Below, in pieces: positions 37,142 to 46,855 of a stretch of DNA of 64,000 nt. The translations under genes and the position numbers were made by a program. The notes below the pieces were generated by a model. It searched no databases. It was not told where the DNA came from and was given only the letters and a program-made list of their open reading frames with translations. The stretch lies in NCBI GenBank assembly GCA_965223905.1, contig CBDCXV010000010.1, forward strand, positions 736,001-800,000, in the 5' to 3' direction. Position 1 is the first letter of the stretch. Every line of letters starts with the position of its first letter. Source of the stretch: Candidatus Latescibacterota bacterium (GTDB taxonomy: Bacteria; Latescibacterota; UBA2968; UBA8231).

Positions 37142-38428
37142 ATGACCCGTTCCCCCTATTCCCTCTGGCTCTGGCCGGTGATTTCGGTACTGATGGCCCT
37201 GACCGCGGCAGCCGCCGTGATCCGCCTCGAGCGCTCGCCTGACGAACCGCAGGCAGCCGCCACGGGTACGGCCGTCCAACCTGTCCCGGCCCCGGCAACA
37301 GCCGATCCATCCGAAGCTGCGGCCCTGCTCGATACCATCGGCCGGAACGACACCATATACCTGTCCCTGAAGCGGCACGGAGTCTCCGATCTCGAGCTGG
37401 CGCACCTGAACGAGGCCATGCGGGACCTGTTCGATGCATCGGGCCTGAAACCGGGCGACAGCTACCGGCTCGTCGTCGGCCAGGAGGGTGAGGTAACCAG
37501 CTTTTCCTACGTGCAGCGCAACCAACCGGAACAGGTCCTGCACGTAGAGCGCACCGGCGGCGGCGGTTTTTCCGCGCGACGGATCACCGAACCTCTCGAC
37601 ACTTCGATTGTCGCGCTGCAGGTAACGATCGAGGACAACCTGTCCAACGCCATAGACGCCGCCGGCGAGAACGTGTTGCTTACCGACCTGCTCGCCGACC
37701 AGATCTTCGGGTCGGTGATCGACTTCCACAAGGACCCCAGGCAGGGGGACCGTCTCGGCCTCGTCCTTCGCAAGCTGTTCAAGGACGGGGTTTTCCTGCG
37801 CGACGACCGCGTCCTGCTGGCCCGCTACGACGGTGAGATCGTGTCGCAACTTGCGGTGTTCTACGAGACGGAGGAAGGCTCGGGCTACTACGACGAGAAC
37901 GGCACGTCCGTCGAGCGCATGTTTCTTCTCAGTCCCCTCTCCTACCGCCGCATCAGCTCCGGTTTCAGCCACAGGCGCTTCCACCCTGTCCTCAAGCGCC
38001 GCATGCCCCACCTCGGCATGGACTTCGCAGCCGACACGGGAACGAAAGTGTGGGCCACGGCGCGGGGAACGGTCAGCTACGCCGGCCGCAAGGGGGGGTA
38101 TGGAAAGCTGGTGGAGATCGAGCATCCAAACGGCTACAAGACCCGCTACGCCCATCTCAGCCGCATCTCGGTGCGCAAGGGCCAGCGGGTCGACAAGTTC
38201 AAAACCGTCGGGCGCGTCGGGGCCACCGGGCGCGCGACCGGCCCTCACCTGCACTACGAACTGCTGCGCAACGGCCGCCATCGCAACCCGGCCAGCGTCA
38301 ACAGGCAGGCCAAGGTCGCACCCCTTCCGGAGGATCAGATGGCCCTCTTCTTCGCTTACCGCGACCGGCTCGTCGCCCGGGCAGCCGCCGCCGGCACGGC
38401 AGTTGCCCTTCAGAACCCTGGGCGATGA
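37142..38428 (+). CDS. M23 family peptidoglycan DD-endopeptidase (MepM-like)
   Basis: N-terminal TM; H.G.DFA, GGYG..V.I.H, YAHL, G.TG.ATGPHLHYE. Confidence 0.93.
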   Translation: MTRSPYSLWLWPVISVLMALTAAAAVIRLERSPDEPQAAATGTAVQPVPAPATADPSEAAALLDTIGRNDTIYLSLKRHGVSDLELAHLNEAMRDLFDASGLKPGDSYRLVVGQEGEVTSFSYVQRNQPEQVLHVERTGGGGFSARRITEPLDTSIVALQVTIEDNLSNAIDAAGENVLLTDLLADQIFGSVIDFHKDPRQGDRLGLVLRKLFKDGVFLRDDRVLLARYDGEIVSQLAVFYETEEGSGYYDENGTSVERMFLLSPLSYRRISSGFSHRRFHPVLKRRMPHLGMDFAADTGTKVWATARGTVSYAGRKGGYGKLVEIEHPNGYKTRYAHLSRISVRKGQRVDKFKTVGRVGATGRATGPHLHYELLRNGRHRNPASVNRQAKVAPLPEDQMALFFAYRDRLVARAAAAGTAVALQNPGR

Positions 38429-38429
38429 A

Positions 38430-38837
38430 ATGGGCGACCATTTAACCCGCGAGAATGACCGCAAGGTCAACCGTCTGGTCGACCAGGACGGCCGCTACGC
38501 CAAGGATGCGTACTTGTTCGTGTTCGAGGCCCTGAACTACACGGTGAAGAGTCTCGGCAAGGCTGGTCTGCCCGACGATCAGCGGCACGTCTGCGGCGCC
38601 GATCTGCTCCGGGGAATCAGCGAGTTCGGGCTCAGCCGGTTCGGGCCGCTGACGCGTACCGTTTTCGAGCACTGGGGCGTCTACAAGACCGAGGACTTCG
38701 GCCACATCATCTTCAACCTGGTGTCGGCGAAGTTGATGAGGAAGACGGAAAAGGACTGCATCGAGGACTTCATCGAGGTCTACGATTTCGCCTCGGAGTT
38801 CGACTGGACCAAACGCAGGGCCGATTTCCGAAAATAG
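38430..38837 (+). CDS. Minf_1886-type conserved protein
   Basis: D.RY..DAY.FV.EAL, HV.G..LL, FG.L...V..HWGV..TEDFG.I.FNLV pattern. Confidence 0.75.
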   Translation: MGDHLTRENDRKVNRLVDQDGRYAKDAYLFVFEALNYTVKSLGKAGLPDDQRHVCGADLLRGISEFGLSRFGPLTRTVFEHWGVYKTEDFGHIIFNLVSAKLMRKTEKDCIEDFIEVYDFASEFDWTKRRADFRK

Positions 38838-38861
38838 AAGCCTCCGCGAAACCGAACACTC

Positions 38862-40106
38862 ATGCGTCTAGCCCATTTCGACTGTTTTTCGGGGATCAGC
38901 GGGGACATGGTCCTCGGGGCCCTGGTCGACGCCGGCCTCGACGTCGATCTCCTGCGCGCCGAGATCGCCAAACTCCGGCTGCCCGCAGACCTTCGGGTCG
39001 AAAGGGTCGAGCGCTGCGGACTGGGGGCCTTGCGCGTGCAGGTCCGCCTCGGCGAAAAAGCGATCGCACAAACCGATGAGCACCACATCCACTCGCATGC
39101 GGACGGGGGCGGCCACCGCCACCTGGCCGAACTCGAGGAACTGCTGGCCTCGAGCGACCTCGACGAGGAGGTCAGGAGCAGTTCCCTCCGGGTCTTTCGA
39201 AGGCTCGCCGAGGCGGAGGCGCAGGTTCACGGGGTCGGCGTCGAGGAGGTTCGGCTGCACGAAGCGGGAGCGTTGGACGCGGTGGTAGACGTGGTCGGAG
39301 CGGTGGCCGGTCTGCGGCTGCTGGGAGTCGCCGCCGTGCACTCCTCGCCGCTACGCTGCGGCACCGGGCTCGTCCAGTGCGCCCACGGCAGCTACCCGGT
39401 GCCGGTCCCCGGGGTCCTGGCGCTGTGCGAGGGCGTGCCCGGCCTGCGGCTGGTCCAGACCGGTGTCGAAGCGGAGCTGATCACCCCTACGGGAGCGGCC
39501 ATCATCACCACTCTTGCGGACTTCGGCGCTCCCCCGGAGTACCGCTTGCTCGAAGTCGGCTACGGCGCCGGAGCGCGGGATCTGCCCTCGGTCCCCAACG
39601 CCCTGCGGGTGCGCATCGGCGAGCTCGCGAAAGCGCCGCCCGATGGCCGTACAGGACTCGAGCGAGACGACGCACTGCTCATCGAAGCCAACATCGACGA
39701 CATGAACCCCGAGGTGTACGGCTACCTGTTCGACCTGCTGCTGGAGCGCGGAGCCAAGGACGTGTACATCACCCCGGTCTACATGAAGAAGGGGAGGCCC
39801 GGAAGCCTGCTGAGCGTGCTCGTCGACCCCGCCCGCGTCGAGGCGGCCGTCGAGACGATTCTCGGGGAAACGACCACAACGGGGGTGCGGTTTCACCCCG
39901 TGGAACGGCGCAAGCTGCAGCGCAGCTCCACCACCGTGTCGACTGCGCACGGGGATGTTCGCGTCAAGGTCTGCCACTTCGACGGCGGCCGGCGTCTCGC
40001 CCCCGAATACGAGGACTGCGCCGCGCGCGCCCGCGAGCGCAAGGTACCGATCCTCGCCGTGTACGAAGCGGCGAGGGCGGCCATCGGCGAGGAGAGCCAG
40101 GAATGA
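38862..40106 (+). CDS. larC: Nickel-pincer cofactor biosynthesis protein LarC
   Basis: DCFSGISGDM.LGAL, His-rich patch, AE..VHG, CAHG..PVP.P, TPTGAA, E.NIDD, MKKGRP, PEYED. Confidence 0.93.
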   Translation: MRLAHFDCFSGISGDMVLGALVDAGLDVDLLRAEIAKLRLPADLRVERVERCGLGALRVQVRLGEKAIAQTDEHHIHSHADGGGHRHLAELEELLASSDLDEEVRSSSLRVFRRLAEAEAQVHGVGVEEVRLHEAGALDAVVDVVGAVAGLRLLGVAAVHSSPLRCGTGLVQCAHGSYPVPVPGVLALCEGVPGLRLVQTGVEAELITPTGAAIITTLADFGAPPEYRLLEVGYGAGARDLPSVPNALRVRIGELAKAPPDGRTGLERDDALLIEANIDDMNPEVYGYLFDLLLERGAKDVYITPVYMKKGRPGSLLSVLVDPARVEAAVETILGETTTTGVRFHPVERRKLQRSSTTVSTAHGDVRVKVCHFDGGRRLAPEYEDCAARARERKVPILAVYEAARAAIGEESQE

Positions 40107-40912
40107 AACTGTCTGCACTCGGGATTGCGGCTGTGGCCGCTCTTTTCGGAGCGACCCTCGGAGCGGCCTGCGGAGCGGCCTCGCCGGCCGCGGCAGGGGA
40201 CTCCCTGTCGGTCCGGCTCGAAGAGAGCTGGTCGCTCGATGAATTCGACAACCTCAGTTGGCTGCCGCGTGCGCAGCCGGAAGACCCGGCGCGGCTCGTC
40301 CTCGGAGAGGCCCGGGGGTTCCTCCATGTATTCGAGGATCGGGGGGAGGCGTTCGAAGAGGTCTGGATCAGCGAGCATCTCGAAGGGCCGGTCGGCGGCC
40401 TCTTCGTCTCCGACGTCGACGCCGACGGCCTCTCCGAGCTCCTCGTCTACACCGAGACCGGGCGCATCCACGTGCTCGACGCCGCGGACTACCGCACCCT
40501 GTGGAGCAACCCTCCCAACGAGTACGAGGCGATCACCGCGATGATTCTCCACAACGTCGACGATGACGTGCAGCTCGAGATGGTGTTCTGCGGCGACGGC
40601 ATGCTCATCATCTACGACGGCCTCGACCGCTTCGAGGAATGGCGCTCGGACCAGACGAACATCGAAGCCGTGGAGATCGTCGCCGCCGATGTCGACGGGG
40701 ACGACGCCGAGGAGATCGTGCTCAACGACGGGTTCGTCTTCGACGCGCGCTTCCGCGACCTGGAGTGGCAGTCCCCCGAGCCGTTCGGGGAGCGCCTGGG
40801 AACCCTCGATCTCGACAACGACGGCATCGTCGAGCTGATCGGGGAGTTCCCCGGAGGCCAGCTGCGCATATTCGACGTCGACCTGCGGCGCCAGAAAGCG
40901 ATCCGTCGTTGA
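40103..40912 (+). CDS. Secreted FG-GAP/VCBS-like repeat protein
   Basis: Signal peptide; four D(V/L)D.DG..E(L/I) Ca-binding-type repeats. Confidence 0.8.
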   Translation: MKLSALGIAAVAALFGATLGAACGAASPAAAGDSLSVRLEESWSLDEFDNLSWLPRAQPEDPARLVLGEARGFLHVFEDRGEAFEEVWISEHLEGPVGGLFVSDVDADGLSELLVYTETGRIHVLDAADYRTLWSNPPNEYEAITAMILHNVDDDVQLEMVFCGDGMLIIYDGLDRFEEWRSDQTNIEAVEIVAADVDGDDAEEIVLNDGFVFDARFRDLEWQSPEPFGERLGTLDLDNDGIVELIGEFPGGQLRIFDVDLRRQKAIRR

Positions 40913-41142
40913 CAGTCGGGGACATCCTGTGTCCACCCGGTGACTTTCCCCCACCGCGCCATCCTGCCCTCGCCTTTCAGGACTGAAGGGATTTCCCCGC
41001 TGGCTTCCGCTCACCCCGGCGGCGCTATTGACAGTCGCCGGAGCCCCCATCTACTTAGGGCCCGCCGGCCTTACCACTGCAAGTACCTGCCCCTCCTTCA
41101 CCTGGAGGGAGAATAAGCTTCCCCCCGATCAGGGAGTTCCCC

Positions 41143-42315
41143 ATGCCGAAACAGATCAACGTCGGACTCGTCGGCTACCAGTTCATGGGCAAGGCCCACA
41201 GTCACGCCTACAAGGACATGGGCTTCTTCTTCCCCGATGCCGGGGCGATGCCGGTGATGAAGGCCCTTTGCGGCCGCAACCGGGAGGCCGTGCAGGCCGC
41301 GGCCGATCAGTTCGGCTGGGAAGAGGTCGAGACGAGCTGGAAGCGCCTCGTGCAACGGGAGGACATCGACCTCGTCGACGTGTCGACGCCCGGGAACACC
41401 CACGCCGACATCGCCATCGCCGCCGCCGAAAACGGCAAGCACCTGTTCTGCGAGAAACCGCTGGCCAACAACCTCTCCCAAGCCCGGTCCATGCTCGCAG
41501 CGGTGCGCAAAGCCAAGGTCAAGCACATGGTGGCCTACAACTACCGGCGCGTCCCCGCGGTGGCCCTGGCGAGGCGGATCATCGACGAGGGGCGTCTGGG
41601 CGAGATCTACCACTGGCGCGCCGTCTACCTTCAGGACTGGATCATCGATCCGGAATTTCCGCTCGTCTGGCGGCTGCAGAAGAGCAAGGCAGGCTCCGGG
41701 CCGCACGGAGACCTGAACGCCCACATCATCGACCTCGCCCATTACCTGGTAGGAGACATCACCGAGGTCGTCGGGGCGGACGCGACCTTCATCAGGGAGC
41801 GGCCCCTGGCCGAAGAGATAGACGCCGCCCTCGGCGCCTCGCGCGGCAAGACCAGGAAAAAAGGCAGAGTCACCGTCGACGACGCGACCCTCTTTCTCGC
41901 CCGCTTCAGGAACGGCGCCCTGGGGTCTTTCGAGGCGACCCGGTTTGCCGCCGGCAGGCGCAACCACAACCGTTTCGAGATCAACGGCAGCAAGGGCTCG
42001 CTCAGCTTCAACCTCGAGAAGATGAACGAGCTGCAGTTCTACGACCGCGAGGATCCGGACCACATGCAGGGGTTTCGCGAGATCATCGTCAACGAAGGGG
42101 GGGCGCACCCGTACATGGATGCCTGGTGGCCCCCCGGACACATAATCGGTTGGGAGCACACCTTCATCCACGAGGTCTACGACCTGATGCAGGGGATAGC
42201 GTCGGACGGAAAGGTGCATCCGGATTTCGCCGACGGAGTCAAGACGCAGGCGGTGCTTGAAGCGGTATCGTTGTCGGCGAGGGAACGCGGCTGGATCCGC
42301 ATCCGGGACCTTTAA
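41143..42315 (+). CDS. Gfo/Idh/MocA family oxidoreductase
   Basis: G..FMG..H, CEKPLA, NYRR.PA, G..GDL.AH.IDL. Confidence 0.93.
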   Translation: MPKQINVGLVGYQFMGKAHSHAYKDMGFFFPDAGAMPVMKALCGRNREAVQAAADQFGWEEVETSWKRLVQREDIDLVDVSTPGNTHADIAIAAAENGKHLFCEKPLANNLSQARSMLAAVRKAKVKHMVAYNYRRVPAVALARRIIDEGRLGEIYHWRAVYLQDWIIDPEFPLVWRLQKSKAGSGPHGDLNAHIIDLAHYLVGDITEVVGADATFIRERPLAEEIDAALGASRGKTRKKGRVTVDDATLFLARFRNGALGSFEATRFAAGRRNHNRFEINGSKGSLSFNLEKMNELQFYDREDPDHMQGFREIIVNEGGAHPYMDAWWPPGHIIGWEHTFIHEVYDLMQGIASDGKVHPDFADGVKTQAVLEAVSLSARERGWIRIRDL

Positions 42316-42339
42316 AAGCAAACACGAGCGGAGAACATC

Positions 42340-43332
42340 ATGGCGCGACCTGTCACATTGTTCACCGGCCAATGGGCCGATCTCGACATCCGGACCATGT
42401 GCGAGAAAGCGGTTTCCTTCGGATACGACGGGGTCGAGCTCGCCTGCTGGGGAGACCACTTCGAGGTCGACAAGGCCGACGAAGAGTACTGCAAGGCGAG
42501 GCGTGCGCTGCTCGAAAAGCACGGCCTGCAGCTCTTCTCGATTTCCGCCCATCTCGTCGGGCAGGCGGTGTGCGACAACATCGACGGCCGCCACGAGGCG
42601 ATCCTGCCGCCCCACGTCTGGGGGGACGGGGACCCCGGTGGGGTGCGCGAGCGCGCCGCCGCGGAGCTGATCGCCACGGCCCATGCTGCCAAGCGCCTCG
42701 GCGTCGACGTCGTCAACGGGTTCACCGGCAGTCCGATCTGGCACCTGCTGTACTCCTTTCCGCCCACTCCGCCCGAAATGATCGATGACGGGTTCGCCGA
42801 ATTCGGATCCCGGTTCAAACCCATCATGGACGAGTTCGAGAAGGTGGGGGTCAGGTTCGCACTCGAGGTCCACCCCACGGAGATCGCCTTCGACATCGCT
42901 TCGGCGGAGCGCGCCGTCGCCGCCCTGGACGGCCACCCCGCGTTCGGCTTCAACTACGACCCGAGCCACCTCGGGTACCAGGGCGTCGACTACGTCGAGT
43001 TCATCTACCGGTTCGCGGAGCGGATCTTCCACGTACACATGAAGGACGTCGCCTGGTCGGCCACTCCGACCGAAGCCGGGGTGTTCGGCGGCCACGTCGA
43101 TTTCGGCGACCGCCGGCGCTACTGGGACTTCCGCTCGCTCGGCAGGGGCAACATCGACTTCGAGGAGATCATCCGCGCCCTCAACCGCATCGACTACCAG
43201 GGTCCGCTCTCGGTCGAGTGGGAGGACGGCGGCATGGACCGCGAGCACGGCGCCGCCGAGGCCTGCGCCTTCGTGAAGGAAGTCGACTTCGAGCCGTCCG
43301 CGGCGGCGTTCGACGCCGCCTTCTCCGAGTGA
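42340..43332 (+). CDS. Sugar phosphate isomerase/epimerase (AP endonuclease 2 TIM barrel)
   Basis: [42 protein letters not shown]. Confidence 0.9.
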   Translation: MARPVTLFTGQWADLDIRTMCEKAVSFGYDGVELACWGDHFEVDKADEEYCKARRALLEKHGLQLFSISAHLVGQAVCDNIDGRHEAILPPHVWGDGDPGGVRERAAAELIATAHAAKRLGVDVVNGFTGSPIWHLLYSFPPTPPEMIDDGFAEFGSRFKPIMDEFEKVGVRFALEVHPTEIAFDIASAERAVAALDGHPAFGFNYDPSHLGYQGVDYVEFIYRFAERIFHVHMKDVAWSATPTEAGVFGGHVDFGDRRRYWDFRSLGRGNIDFEEIIRALNRIDYQGPLSVEWEDGGMDREHGAAEACAFVKEVDFEPSAAAFDAAFSE

Positions 43333-44999
43333 GACGGCGAGCCGTTTCCGTCGCGACACCCCGGCGGCGACCGACTCCGCTCCCGAAGGCCGCGGCCCCC
43401 GTCCCCATTTCCCCACGCGGCGCACCCTTCACCAGACCGGCGCTGCCTCTCCTCCGATACTTGCTGTCAGCTGCCCTGCTGCTGGCCGCTTGCGCGCGCG
43501 AGGCGGATCAGGTGCTGGTTTTCGGCCGCGGCTCCGACTCCGTCGGACTCGACCCGGCGCTGGAGGGGGACGGCGAATCCTTCAAGGTCTGCGACAACGT
43601 CTACGAAAATCTGGTCACCTACGAGGCGGGCTCGACCACGGTGGTTCCTCAGCTGGCCAAAAGCTGGGATGTGTCCGAGGATCGCCTGACCTGGACCTTC
43701 CACCTGCGCACCGGGGTCCGCTTCCACGACGGCACTCCCTTCGACGCCGAGGCGATGCTGTTCTCCCTGGCGCGCCAGTTCGATGAGGACCACCCCTACC
43801 ACAAGGTGCAGGGCGCCTACAACTACTGGAACTCCATGGGCATGAGCGACGTCGTCGCGACGATGGAGGCCGCCGACGACTCGACCTTCGTCGTGCGCCT
43901 CGCCGAGCCTAACGCCACCTTCCTCGCGACCCTGGGAATGAACTTCTGCGCCGCGGTCAGCCCGACCGCGGTCGCCACGCACGGCCCCGAGTTCTTCAAG
44001 AACCCCGTCGGCACGGGACCGTTCAAGTTCGTCGAGTGGCGCAAGGACGAGCGCATCGTACTCGACCGCAACGACAGCTACTGGGGGGAGCCCCCGCTCC
44101 TGAAGCGCCTGATCTTCCGGCCGATACAGGACGCTTCGGTCCGTTTCCTCGAGCTCAGGACGGGAGCCATCCAGGGGATCGACAACGTCAGCCCGGAGTT
44201 CATCCAGGCCATCCGCGAAAACCCCGACCTGCAGCTGCTGACCCAGCCCGGCATGAACGTCGGCTACCTGGCGATGAACATGGACCGGCCCCCGTTCGGC
44301 AACCGCCTCGTCCGCGTCGCCATCAACTGCGCCGTCGACAAGCAGGCCCTGGTCGACAACTTCTACTCCGGGCTGGCCGTTCCTGCGAAGAACCCGCTGC
44401 CCCCCCTGATGTGGGGGTACGACGACAGCGTCGAGCCGTATCCCTACGACCCCGACCGTGCCCGCAGGCTGCTCGCCGAGGCGGGGTTTCCCGACGGCTT
44501 CGAGACCGAACTGTGGGCGATGCCGGCGCCGCGGCCCTACATGCCTCAGCCGGAGAAGATCGCCGTCGCCGTCAAGGCCAACCTCGACGCCGTCGGCGTC
44601 AGGGCCAAAATCGTGCGCTGGGAGTGGGGCACCTACCTCGACAAGGTGTTCGCCGGGGAGCACCCGATGTGCCTGCTGGGATGGACCGGGGACAACGGGG
44701 ACCCAGACAACTTCCTCTACGTTCTGCTCGACAAGACCGCGGCGGTCAAGCCGGCCAACAACGTCTCCTTCTACCGCAGCGACCCACTGCACGAGCTGCT
44801 CGTCGTCGCCCGCCGCAGCGGCGACATGGCCGAGCGCGCCTCCCTCTACAGGAAGGCGCAGCAGATCATCCACACGGATGCCCCGTGGGTTCCGCTGGTG
44901 CACGCCACCCAGACCGCGGCCTTCCGGTCGAACGTGCGCGGCTTCGCGCTGCATCCGACCGGCAGCAAGTGGTTCCACCGCGTAGTCCTCTCGAACTGA
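43329..44999 (+). CDS. dppA: Dipeptide/oligopeptide ABC substrate-binding lipoprotein (start uncertain, may be 43461)
   Basis: Lipobox LLAAC; family 5 SBP motifs [35 protein letters not shown]. Confidence 0.9.
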   Translation: MRRRAVSVATPRRRPTPLPKAAAPVPISPRGAPFTRPALPLLRYLLSAALLLAACAREADQVLVFGRGSDSVGLDPALEGDGESFKVCDNVYENLVTYEAGSTTVVPQLAKSWDVSEDRLTWTFHLRTGVRFHDGTPFDAEAMLFSLARQFDEDHPYHKVQGAYNYWNSMGMSDVVATMEAADDSTFVVRLAEPNATFLATLGMNFCAAVSPTAVATHGPEFFKNPVGTGPFKFVEWRKDERIVLDRNDSYWGEPPLLKRLIFRPIQDASVRFLELRTGAIQGIDNVSPEFIQAIRENPDLQLLTQPGMNVGYLAMNMDRPPFGNRLVRVAINCAVDKQALVDNFYSGLAVPAKNPLPPLMWGYDDSVEPYPYDPDRARRLLAEAGFPDGFETELWAMPAPRPYMPQPEKIAVAVKANLDAVGVRAKIVRWEWGTYLDKVFAGEHPMCLLGWTGDNGDPDNFLYVLLDKTAAVKPANNVSFYRSDPLHELLVVARRSGDMAERASLYRKAQQIIHTDAPWVPLVHATQTAAFRSNVRGFALHPTGSKWFHRVVLSN

Positions 45000-45033
45000 G
45001 CGGCCCTCGGGGGCCGTTTGCCGAAGCACCCCG

Positions 45034-46041
45034 TTGACCGGTTTCGTCCTGCGGCGGCTGGCGCTGCTGGTGCCGACGCTGATCGGGATTTCCCTCCTGG
45101 TTTTCCTGATGATCCACCTGGTTCCCGGGGATCCGGCGCAGATCATGCTAGGGGAGCGCGCCGACGCCGCCAGCATCGCGGCGCTGCGCCTCGAGATGGG
45201 GCTGGACCAGCCCTTCCACGTGCAGTTCGCCCGGTTCTTCGGCGACCTCCTGCGCGGTGATCTCGGCCGCTCCTTCCGCACCCACGAGCTGATCAGCACC
45301 GAGATCCTGCAGCGCTTCCCCGCCACCTGCGAGCTGACCCTGGCGGCGATGATTATCGCCATCGCCGGCGGCATCGGCCTCGGGGTCCTCGCCGCCCTGT
45401 CACAGGGCAAGGTCGCCGACTACGTCAGCATGGTGGCGGCCACGGCAGGAATTTCGATTCCCGTCTTCTGGCTCGGATTGATGCTGATGCTGCTGCTCGC
45501 GGTGCAGTTTCCCCTGTTCCCGGTATCGGGGCGCCTCGGCGCCGCGGTCCAGGTCGAGGCGATCACCGGTTTCTACCTCTTCGACGCGGTCCTGAGAGCC
45601 AACTGGGACGGCTTCGTCGACGCGCTCTGGCACCTCGCCCTGCCGGCCCTCACCCTGGCTACGATCCCCCTCGCCTTCATAGCGCGTATGACCCGCGCCA
45701 GTCTGCTCGAGGTTCTCGGAGAGGAGTACGTGCGCACCGCCCGTGCAAAGGGCCTGCCGCCGCGGCTCGTCGTTCTTCGCCACGCCTTGAGGAACGCCTT
45801 CGTGCCGACTCTGACCGTGATCGCTCTCGAATTCGGCTACCTGCTGGGAGGCGCCGTCATCACCGAGACGATCTTCGCCTGGCCGGGCATGGGTCGCTGG
45901 GTCTTCCTGGCGGTGCAGGCGCGCGACTTCCGCGCCGTTCAGGGAGGGGTGCTGCTGCTGGCGACGGTGTTCATGGTCGTCAACCTGATCGCCGACATCC
46001 TCTACGCCTGCCTCGACCCGCGCATCCGCTACCGCCGCTGA
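45034..46041 (+). CDS. dppB: Dipeptide ABC permease
   Basis: PGDPA, GLDQP, GDLG.S, EYVRTARAKGL, HALRNA, LDPRIR. Confidence 0.93.
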   Translation: MTGFVLRRLALLVPTLIGISLLVFLMIHLVPGDPAQIMLGERADAASIAALRLEMGLDQPFHVQFARFFGDLLRGDLGRSFRTHELISTEILQRFPATCELTLAAMIIAIAGGIGLGVLAALSQGKVADYVSMVAATAGISIPVFWLGLMLMLLLAVQFPLFPVSGRLGAAVQVEAITGFYLFDAVLRANWDGFVDALWHLALPALTLATIPLAFIARMTRASLLEVLGEEYVRTARAKGLPPRLVVLRHALRNAFVPTLTVIALEFGYLLGGAVITETIFAWPGMGRWVFLAVQARDFRAVQGGVLLLATVFMVVNLIADILYACLDPRIRYRR

Positions 46042-46059
46042 GAACGGCGCCCCGGCGGT

Positions 46060-46797
46060 TCAGGGCTCCGGGGCGGAAATGGCGACCCGGTAGCTGCGCA
46101 CGTCGATCTCCAGGGTCGTTTCCGGCTGCACGATACGCACCAGTCCCGGCAGGTACAGGGGGACGGCCGCGTCCCCGGGAATGGGAATCTTGCGGTAGCG
46201 CTCCAGGTCGCGGCGCCACGAACCGCCATCGGCGGCGACCGATTCCTCGCGGAACACGAAGCCGCGGTGGAGATCCGCCCATATCGACCGACTTCCCCGG
46301 TCCCCGCCAACCGTCGCGACGACGCGGTCCCCCCTCGGGTGCGACAGGGACGGCACCTCGTACGGCTGCCAGGGAGCGACGATGCCGAACAAGAGGTAGC
46401 GCAGATCGTACCCCCCTAGGTCGAGAACCGGCAGGTAGCGGTGCAGCCCCCGCGAGGTCGATCCGCGCCAGGTTTCCCCGCCGGCGAGGACCTCCATCGA
46501 ATCCCCGCGGACGACCGCGGAAAGCACCTGTCTGAACAGCGGATCCTTGACCTCGAGCCGCAGCTCGCGCGGTCTGCGGTAGAGGATGGCCGCGGTCGCC
46601 CTGCCGCTCCCCTCGGGGCTGCGAAACCTTATCTCCGCCTCCGCGGTCAGGCCTTCGAGCTGCTCGAAGCTCCGCTGCGACAACGCCAGCAGCTCGCCGA
46701 TGTCCGCCCCGGACTGCCAGCCCTGGCGCGGAGCGCGGGGGGCGCATCCGAGCAGGCCGGCGACGCAGAGGAGAAGGAGGGCTCGGATTGCCGGCAA
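46060..46797 (-). CDS. Lipoprotein of LolA/LolB-like fold (DUF4292-like)
   Basis: Lipobox LLGC; beta-rich pattern; follows the TPR gene. Confidence 0.55.
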   Translation of the reverse strand: MPAIRALLLLCVAGLLGCAPRAPRQGWQSGADIGELLALSQRSFEQLEGLTAEAEIRFRSPEGSGRATAAILYRRPRELRLEVKDPLFRQVLSAVVRGDSMEVLAGGETWRGSTSRGLHRYLPVLDLGGYDLRYLLFGIVAPWQPYEVPSLSHPRGDRVVATVGGDRGSRSIWADLHRGFVFREESVAADGGSWRRDLERYRKIPIPGDAAVPLYLPGLVRIVQPETTLEIDVRSYRVAISAPEP

Positions 46798-46855
46798 GGG
46801 GCTGCGCCTGCAGGTGAACGGGGAAATCGAGTGGCGAAGGTTCAGTGGCCGGCGT

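Noticed and set aside
41098-43425. 775-aa minus-strand ORF (likewise 4730-6457, 43467-45410, 54101-55651 and similar)
   Set aside because: Antisense to clearly recognisable genes; stop-codon scarcity explains their length.
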